Source: Tubiluchus corallicola (lineage: Eukaryota > Animalia > Priapulida). From it: DNA of 64,000 nt. Of this stretch, positions 55,099 to 64,000 are shown one piece after another; position 1 is the stretch's first letter; every line of letters starts with the position of its first letter. Below the pieces are notes generated by a model. It was not told where the DNA came from. It did not search any database and was given only the letters and a program-made list of their open reading frames with translations. The stretch spans positions 434,001 through 498,000 of the forward strand of contig JAQGDQ010000010.1 of the NCBI GenBank assembly GCA_030141605.1. The letters run 5' to 3'. Made by a program: the position numbers and the translations under genes.

Positions 55099-55796
55099 GA
55101 ATGACAAACTAATTTAGCAGACGTTTTTGCTGACGTGTCTTGGTGGAAAGTCTCTTCGCTTATACACATGAGACTTGTAATTCTTTGGTAACATTTGCGC
55201 TCTATATAACCACGTTGGAAGCGTGCAGGATCCCTACTTTAATGCAGTAAGATTGTGTGAAAACATTTTCCCTGCTTCCCCTTTCCCTAGCGAAAGGTAC
55301 ACAGTGCATAGCATTTTGTATTGTTTTAGAAATCAAAGTTAACATTTGCCTCGATGGCTCCAGCCTAAGATTTTCTGAATTCAAAAATCGATTCTGTTCC
55401 GTTTCGGTAAGCTCATTTCGAAAGGAGAGTGCATTTGTGAACTATCTGCTAAAAAATGTTGAAAACTGTCAATCCTTACGCCCAGATTTTCCCAGGATTA
55501 CGGTTTTCTGACGGTAAGTTTGTTACTGAGTTCTTAACTAGGATTACAGCTGCTATTTTGTTGCAGCAAATAATGAAGAAGGATGGGTATGCAGTCTCAG
55601 ATGTGCAAAGCTCTCAAAATCGTGCATGTCTTTCAGCTGATCTCTGCAAAGTTATGTCAGTTAAGAACTGATTGAGTAAGTGATTAATTTCCTTTTAAAC
55701 CTCATTTACATTCACGGAAGTACAATCTTGTTAAAGAGTCAGTCATTTTTCATGAAAAGACTTTTTGGTATAATATTTGCAATACTCAACGCTAGT

Positions 55797-56699
55797 TTAA
55801 AGGAAAGCCAAGTCTCTCGGGAAGTTGAGCTTAATTTAATATTTGAGAAAAATGTTAGAAAGATTCAGCAATAAAAATTGTGATAAGCGCTTCGTGTAAT
55901 TAGTAAAATCAATTTAAAGTCGCAATCACTTCGTGTTTACGCATACTCATTTTGAACGAAAAATGGCGTTATCCAGTTACCGTTCAAACAAATAGTAATC
56001 CCGCTTGGTCTTTGAGTAATCTTTTTTTGCAAGTGCAATTATAATTGTCAACTATAAACAATCCAAAACGTTAAGCTAGAGATTATTAATACTAGTCTTT
56101 GCTCTTTTTGACTTGTCTCGTTGCCCACTTGTAATCAAAAACAGCTGCTGATGGTAATACAATAACCTGGAATTAATCCTTACGACGTAACAGATTAATT
56201 ATTTTAACAAACTAAAACTAAACTATGTAAACCAAGTAACCCGTCCAGCACGTACGGTACGCTCGTATAATTGTATGCTGACCTGAAAATCAACAAAAAT
56301 CTGTAAATTAATCGTGTACACATTGTACAGTTACAGTACTTATAGATTTCAAGGTATAATTCTGTTGACTAAAGCTATGTAAGCACTTTAAAGTTGTTGC
56401 TAATTCATCAGATGACTAATTTTTATATAAACAGTTACACAACGCTGGAAAAGCGGAACTTCTGCATGAGCTGCAGAACTTTTGCTACGCGTACTTTCAA
56501 GGTGTTCATACTGTGATTACGTGATTTTTTTTCAAATATGCCCGTAGCGAGGTTCATTTGGCGGGAAAACGAAACATTTAAATTTCTTTTGCATTTTTAG
56601 CAAGGCATTTTGTGTGCATATATTGTGTGGTGATTTCAGTATTTTTAATTATATATTAAAATACAATGACTGTTGTCCGAGGGTTGGTTTTTCCTTTAA
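55797..56699. mobile_element. Kolobok-like MITE (possibly composite)
   Basis: TTAA|AGGAAAGCCAA ... TTGGTTTTTCCT|TTAA. The first ~160 bp are similar to 59838-60000. Confidence 0.65.
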
Positions 56700-59214
56700 T
56701 CAACTTCTGCCCGAAATCTTTACCAAAATACCGAGAAAATTGTGCTTGGCAGTTTGACTGCGATTTTGTTAGGTAATTCTATAGATTCAAATGCGATTGT
56801 AGCTGAACAGCTTGTAATCATCGGACTCTTCACTATGGTTTAATCTACTATGGTCAACACATTGATAACCAATAACGATTTTTATTGAGTTTAGAAACAC
56901 TGATTAAAAATTCTCCTTGAATTAGAACCAGAATGGTTTAAAATGTTTCAAAAGAATCGCTCATGTGCCACACCTCACAAATACGCGCTCTAAGCGCGCT
57001 TGTACCGGCCGAGTTTGTCTAATTTTGCCTAATAAAAATCATTATCACTTTTTGAAATACAAATAATACACGCTTTTAAATTAATTATTCGCTTTTTAGG
57101 GCAAACGTAACACAGAGCCATAGCTAGTGACACAAATAACGCAAAATGAGTAAGCTTAGAAAAAGACAGAAAGTCAGAAATAGTGCTTAAAGGCATTGTC
57201 AAAGAAAGCAAAGTCTGTACGTTAAGCTGACTGGCGATTCTGCCTTTTTGACGAAGTCACAATTACATTTACCAAAATTTCTAATTATAGCAGAAATTTA
57301 ATTCGAAAGTGTTGAAGAAGTAAGATATAGAGCAGTTATACAGCCAGGCTTATACTAAATCTTTACCCTTTGTTTGGGCTAAAATATACATAAACAATTT
57401 AATTAATTAACTAGTTGGTACAACCGATTGTGCAACAAATATGCCTGCTGTCAAATTATTTGGTTAAACAGTTTAATCCATTTATTTTAAGGGGGTGGGA
57501 ATTTGATGAAAATGATTTTTGTTTGCTACAATATCGGATCGAAATATCAATTTGACTTGCAGTTTCCACAAAAAAGTTAATTTCTTCTTCACATTAGCTT
57601 TTTGTTTATTTGTCTAATTGTTGATAGGTGTAATAATTTCTGGCAACTCACAGTTAAAGATCCATTCAACATATACAATTGATAACTTCTTTTTCTTGTT
57701 GCGTTCATGTTGCCGTACTGTTTTGATGATGATCTGTGATAATGGTATATGTCGCCTCTGGGATGAATTGTAATCAAATTGTAAAAAATCATGCGCGCGG
57801 GTGCATGTGCGTTTACGTGTGTGCGTGGTGCTTACGCATTTTGAGAGTTATCTGCGTAGCTTGGTTTAACTTTTGTTGAGTAATTATTCAGTATTTCTTT
57901 AGGTTCATTTTGTACGTAGTCAAATAACTAGTTTTTATCTCTTATGTGTGGTTATTTCTAAAGGTCAGGATTACCGAATTAAGAGCTAAACATTACTTAC
58001 AATTTGTAACTGTAAAACAAATGGTTTAAATAGGCGGTTACGTTGCTCAATGGAGAGGAAGTAAATTGAATAAGTTTGATATTTTATATTATTGTTATTC
58101 GCTTCCCTAGTTCCTACTTTGAGCAACTTATGAAGTTTGAAAACGAATTCGTAAATTTCGACCAAAAAGTATCTATTTTTGCACCCATATATGCAGAATC
58201 TTAGGGAAAATAACTGCTTGCTTCTTCGTATACATTTTCTATAAATAACGTGCGAAAAACCAAAACAGGTATCTTCGACTGGTATTAATTTGATTAGCTG
58301 AATACTTACCATTTAAATTTAAATTGCCGTAGACTTTATTAGTGTTCGGTCAAACTACTCAAACTCGAAAGGCAATAACTTTTGACTTTTCTTGCAGGTA
58401 AAAAATCACTACCCTTTTCGAACAGATACCCAAATAAAACTCGGATAAATCAAGTTTGGATTCTAGCCATTTAACTTACTGATAACAATAAGTTTCATTA
58501 AAGATATGAATGACAGGCTGGCTTCGTTAATGTCGGATTTTCCTGTTGTTGCGTGGCTTCCTGTACTTGTAACGGCTTAAACTGCAAGTCTGTAACATTA
58601 AAAACGTGAGATCTTTTTCAATGTTATATTTACCTCATCATATTAATGACAGTTATGTTATCTCTACACTGCATTAAAGTGCATTTTCTCTTCTTCAAGT
58701 TTCGCAAAAACGTTTTATTATGGCGGTGCAGCACATGTCTAATAATACAAGATAGACAAGTTTAAGATCAAGCCAATAGTAAAACTTTAAAAGTTAGAAG
58801 AACCACTAGCTAGCCTTGAACAAAATTTCACATTATAAGTGCTTACTTATAGCACAACGATTGACTTATGGGTCAGAAACGAGCGAGTCGCATTCTGTGA
58901 TCCAATTCCAACTCTAGCTTGTGGTTCTATACAAGGAACTGTATGAAGCTTTGCCAACTTCTGTTTAATCATTGATAGCGATTGACCACTCGCTCGTATT
59001 CCTGGCGTAATGAGCCGCTGGTCATGTAATAAAAAATCAAATAAATGCTCCCGCAGGTCTGCTTGCTCTGTCAACGGTATTGGCTTTCATTCCCCGCTAT
59101 AAGAGCGGTTACTCAGAAGTGACTTTGAATGCGAGATAATGTTATAAATTATTGTCCCAGTAAATTATTCCGAAATCCTGTCTTGGGACGATTCAGCTTC
59201 ATTCTTTTGTACAG

Positions 59215-59470
59215 CAGTGAACGAAAAAATGGTTACATGTAAAATACCCTATATACTACAAAAATACAATAAGTTACCAACTGAAAATAAAGAATGCTCA
59301 AATTTAAATTCTTTTAAAGGCAAACTGAAAATTCATCTTTTTAAGCAGTATTATGATGTATATAAATGATGAATGTTTTGCAGATTTTTTTATTTATAAG
59401 TTTAATTGTTTTATTTTTAGTATTTTATCTAAATACTTTTAAATGCACGGCGCTTTTCAAAAAAAATTGA
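59215..59470 (+). mobile_element. Short CR1/L2-like LINE 3' end
   Basis: KYNKLPTENKECSNLNSFKGKLKIHLFKQY* followed by an AT-rich UTR. Confidence 0.7.
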
Positions 59471-59837
59471 TTGAAAGACTACCTTGTAGGTAAAAACATT
59501 ATTATTACTGTTGATTTTGCAAGCATCGACAATGTACTTCACTTATCCAAAGCTATTATGCTAATTAAACTACGAGTTTTGTTTTGCTAGTTGATGACAA
59601 AAGATTTCTAGACTGTTGATGGTACACACCTACAGTTAAGTAGAGATACTAACTACCAATTAATTTATTTATTAGCTTGACTTTTGTATTGAGTCATTAA
59701 ATCTTAAAACATTGGGTAGGTCTTAATGGAAAAAATTGTTCCTTATGTATACTTGTGACTGGTATTATACTTCGCAATATATTCGTGATATTTGCTGGTT
59801 TGGCCTTTGCAGGCGCGGTGGCAACTGTAATCCATTA

Positions 59838-60148
59838 TTAAAGAAAGGGGTCAAGCTTTCTGGGAAGTTAAGCTTATTTCAATGTTCGCGAAAATGTTTC
59901 AACGATTTGGTAAAAAATGTGTAAAGCGCCCTACTGTAATTAGTAAAATTACTTTAAGATCGCGATCATTTCATGTTTGGGCGCTCCCATTTTGAACGTC
60001 TATTCACCCACCAATGACGTCGTTCGTCGGCTGAAGAAAATCAACGCATTGTCAATTTCTGTCAAAGGTATAGTAAGCTTTTACTAAAAAGTAAGATTTT
60101 TGCATGAAAATTGGATAAGCTGCAGAAGTGACTTGTTCTTTCCTTTAA
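59838..60148. mobile_element. Kolobok-like MITE
   Basis: TTAA|AGAAAGGGGTCAAG ... CTTGTTCTTTCCT|TTAA. Shares GGGAAGTT.AGCTTA, TGTAATTAGTAAAAT and CATTTTGAACG with the 55797 element. Confidence 0.75.
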
Positions 60149-60795
60149 TTGCTTCGTTCACTGTCAAACACTGTCAAATGCTCGTTGAAAATCACAGCAA
60201 ACTGCTAAACCGGGAGAAGAAATAGGCCTGGCTAAAATTCTTTCTAATGTTTGCAGGTAAATGAAGTGTTTTTATGATATTTTTTCCAAATTATCTATTT
60301 TTGCACTCAATTATTTCAAAAATATATTTTTCTCGCCTCTAGAAGTTGCAATGACAATGATAATGTAAACGCTAGTCTATCATTAAACAGAAGATTTTAT
60401 TTTCCATGTATGTACAGTGGTAACTAGTAATGTATACATTTCATTTTAGTAACACAGAGTTGAAGGTGTTTGATAGTCAACTGTTATGCTGCGCAAGAAT
60501 ATGCTCTGATGTTGCCGATTTTATTTTAGAGGCAGGCTGTTCATGCTATAATGTTAACGAGTGGCTGTAAAAGCGGCGGTTTTTCGCACAAATTTTCGCT
60601 CAGTTTCCGCTGTTAATTGCTCTATTTATTTCAAATAGCATCGTTTATACATAATGCAACAAACTGCACTTATGGATCATGTTGCACTTTTTGTTACCTG
60701 TGTCATAATGTACAACTGTATTTCTTTTGGCTGTATTAGATTGAAATGATTCCTTGTATGCCTGTAAAGAGGTTAATAAAAGAGTTATAATAACA

Positions 60796-60799
60796 AATA

Positions 60800-60882
<83 letters not shown>
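60796..60882. repeat. (AAT)n microsatellite
   Basis: Direct reading. Confidence 0.98.
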
Positions 60883-60884
<2 letters not shown>

Positions 60885-61047
60885 TTATTTAGAAATGCAA
60901 ATATAATATATAGAAACAATGAGAAAAATAGACATGAATAATAATGATTTAATTTTGATATGACAGCATGCATATAATAAATGGCAAATGGCAAGAACCA
61001 GAAGTAAAGCTTGTTATCTGCTTACACCGTTGTTCACACATCCAAAA

Positions 61048-61481
<434 letters not shown>

Positions 61482-61759
61482 GTATGTATAAACGTTTTAT
61501 GCATAAACCTAAACGACACAATTTGACAAAAGGTAGAGCTATTAACATCGTTAAGCCAAGCGGGAATTCGTGGGGAAAATCGCTCTATGTATAAACAGGC
61601 CATACGTACTTAGGTGTGCGTCAAAAGAACTGTTTTAGTTGCGGATGGTACCTGTGAAAACCTATTTTATATGAAAACGATTTTTCTTATGTTTTGTTGC
61701 ATTTTTGTCCATCTGCAGCTACCCCATAATTGGTGGATAGATAGGAGAGCACATTACTT

Positions 61760-62130
61760 TCATACTACCAAGTTTCCTCCCCACTGAATAAATTTGCCTA
61801 TAGGGAAACTTCCCTATTTTCCAATTGAAACAATTATTTTATCAAACTTTCCTAGTTCGAAATTTTCCTACTACAAAAACGTCCTTGTAAAGATATTTCT
61901 TAATACTAAACAATCCTGGTACCATATTTTCCTCGAACAAAACACCCCGCACCAGCTTTTCCTAGTACCAAAAATTACTTGTACTTAAGGATTATAGTGT
62001 CAAATTTACCTGTATCAGAATTACCAAGTACCAAAAATTTCTAATACCAAATTTTTCCAGTACCAAACTTTCCTCGTACCGATTTTACCTGTACCAAACT
62101 TGTCTGTACTAAACTTACTTGTATCAAAGG
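61760..62130. repeat. Degenerate ~15-bp tandem repeat (approximately TACCAAACTTTCCT.G)
   Basis: Recurring TACCAAA(C/A)TT(T/A)CCT units, clearest at 62000-62128. Confidence 0.75.
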
Positions 62131-63180
62131 TAGTATTCCATTCCGTTACTACCGCTTAGTAGGTTGACCTTTGCGACTGGATTTTAGCAGACCATGTGCT
62201 GGATATGTAGAAGCTCGTCCTACATTGCAAAGTCTGCCAGCTGGTTGCAGTAATTGGGTTTGAAAGTACGTATTTCTCAAGCAACGTATAAATTGTTGAG
62301 ACAAGTGGTAGCTATTACATAGATTCATTACTTGATAAACCTGTTTTATCTGCGTAAAATGCTGGTTTATTCGGTCCTGGTCCAGCGCAGTCTCAATTTT
62401 TGAACTTTTTCATTTCGATTTTAGTTTTGGTTTATTACTAATGTTTTCTGAAATTCAGCTTTGCCACGACAGGCCACTGTCAATAATCAATAGTATTAGA
62501 ATTAGCACAATCAACACTATCGCCACTGCTGCGGCAGATGAAATAGTGGCACCGTCATAGCGCTATTACTATTGTTTTTTGTACCATTGCGAACCGAAAC
62601 GTGGATTTTAGATAATGACTTATCCATTAAACAAGCTTCGTTTACTGCATTAAGTGAACTCGAAATGTCATCGGAAAAAGACTTGCAAAAAGCAAGTAGA
62701 CAGTCGTAAATGCTAAGACATTTCAATGACTGAATTTTCTGTTGTAATTTTGAGGTTTTTTCTCGCAGCAAATTTACTTGGCATGCGCGCATCTCTTGAA
62801 AACGCGCGGTATCGGATAATTCCTAGGAACATTTATTGGATTTCTGTATGGAAAAGTCTCCAGAGAGAAAAATACGTAATTGGTTGTTGAAATCACCAAA
62901 AGTTTTGTCATTATGGTTAACAAAGTGACTGAAAAACACGTTTGTGCGGCAAAATTGTACAATTGTTGATATATGATTGTCTTGTGAGTTGTGCTTATTG
63001 CTTTTTTACAGTTTATTCCACCATCACCAATGCGTGAAAAGCAAATTGATTTGAATCATGAGTATACTGTATAACCACTAACCAGAAAATACTGTAGAGC
63101 AAAGTTTTTATTTTAGTTCAATGACCTGTCCTGTTTAAATTAACAAAATGCAGATTTGTTAATTTACCATTATTATTACC

Positions 63181-63436
63181 AGCCGATATAGTCTAGTGGT
63201 AAAGTGTCCACTTTCCGTCTGGTAGGTCGTGAGCTCGATACTGTGGCTGGGTCATAACAAAGACCTTAAATGTGGTACCTGCTGTTGCACTGCCTGGCGC
63301 GTAGTATTTAAGGTGAAACTGGTGTAATAATAATCTCAGTTATGTAGGTGTAGTTACAGTCGGCGATAAAGCCCTCAAGGGCTTACGTTGTCTGTTGAAT
63401 TTAAAGCCGACTTTAAATAAAGGTTATTATTATTAT
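63181..63436 (+). mobile_element. Full-length tRNA-derived SINE with a Meta-like central domain and (ATT)n tail
   Basis: A-box TAGTCTAGTGG, B-box-like GAGCTCGATAC, then GGGTCATAACAAAGACCTTAAATGTGGTACCTGCTGTTGCACTGCCTGGCGC (resembles the MetaSINE domain, from recall), AATAAA and a TTATTATT tail. ATT repeats also lie upstream. Confidence 0.8.
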
Positions 63437-63943
63437 GGTGTAACGTACATGTCAGCTTCCCACATAAATAGACTAGTGTAGTAGCTTACGTCATGTGAGT
63501 GTGGTGTTTGTTCTCAGTTAGTCTGTCAGTTGGTCGGTCATCCCAGTTGCAGAGTTTGGAAAGAAAACACAAACTCCAATCATTTTTGGCCCTTCTTTGC
63601 TGTGCATATCTCAATATGGATTCTACCTTTTGCTCAAATGTGGAAGTAAAATAAGATCAGCATTAAAAAGATCTTTTCTATAGCCTGTAAACGATAAAGG
63701 CCATTAGCCAAGGTTAGTAAGTACTGCGGGAGGGCCAGTTTAATCGCTTGTAATGATAGCTGTAGGAAACCAGCATATACCTATGTCTACTACTAGTCTT
63801 GCAGGTATCGAAAAGAGGTCATCAACTTTACTCCAGGTACGGCACATAGTTTGATATGACGTGCAAGTGGTATTGTCCACGTAGTCAGTTATAACGCATG
63901 GTGACTTTGTCCATGAGGTCTGAAATTATTGGACAACTTGATT

Positions 63944-64000
63944 GCAACGTATAAATTGTTGAGACAAGTGGTAGCTATTACATAGATTCATTACTTGATA
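63944..64000 (+). repeat. Exact direct repeat of 62281-62337, cut by the window end
   Basis: 57 of 57 bases identical (GCAACGTATAAATTG...TTACTTGATA). Confidence 0.97.

Noticed and set aside
61760-62130. CRISPR-like array
   Set aside because: Units are contiguous and degenerate with no spacers, the context is eukaryotic, and there are no cas genes.
62210-62228. GAAGCTCGTCCTACA resembles mature miR-993
   Set aside because: There is no complementary 5' arm for a pre-miRNA hairpin. Only a tiny local stem (ATGTAG/CTACAT) exists and the 3' part diverges.

Overview
AT-rich animal (probably invertebrate) nuclear DNA in which I can recognise no intact host protein-coding gene. Nearly all entries in the ORF track are chance ORFs, microsatellite read-throughs or retroelement fragments. 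The window reads as a large intron or gene desert filled with decayed mobile DNA. The most informative structure is a ~4.3-kb fossil Kolobok-type DNA transposon (~2583-6913), missed by the ORF track because it is spliced and frameshifted. It has a THAP-domain transposase on the minus strand and a convergent Cys-rich KolX-like gene on the plus strand. Also present are several TTAA-flanked Kolobok-like MITEs, a clean Harbinger-type MITE, LINE fragments (CR1/L2-, RTE-X-, RTE-, L1/Tx1- and I/Jockey-like), tRNA-derived SINEs (one with a Meta-like domain), a probable truncated hammerhead retrozyme, two inverted duplications, long microsatellites and several TAAT-rich unique islands that may be enhancers. 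Family assignments rest on manual translation and motif recall, not on database searches, and many boundaries are approximate.
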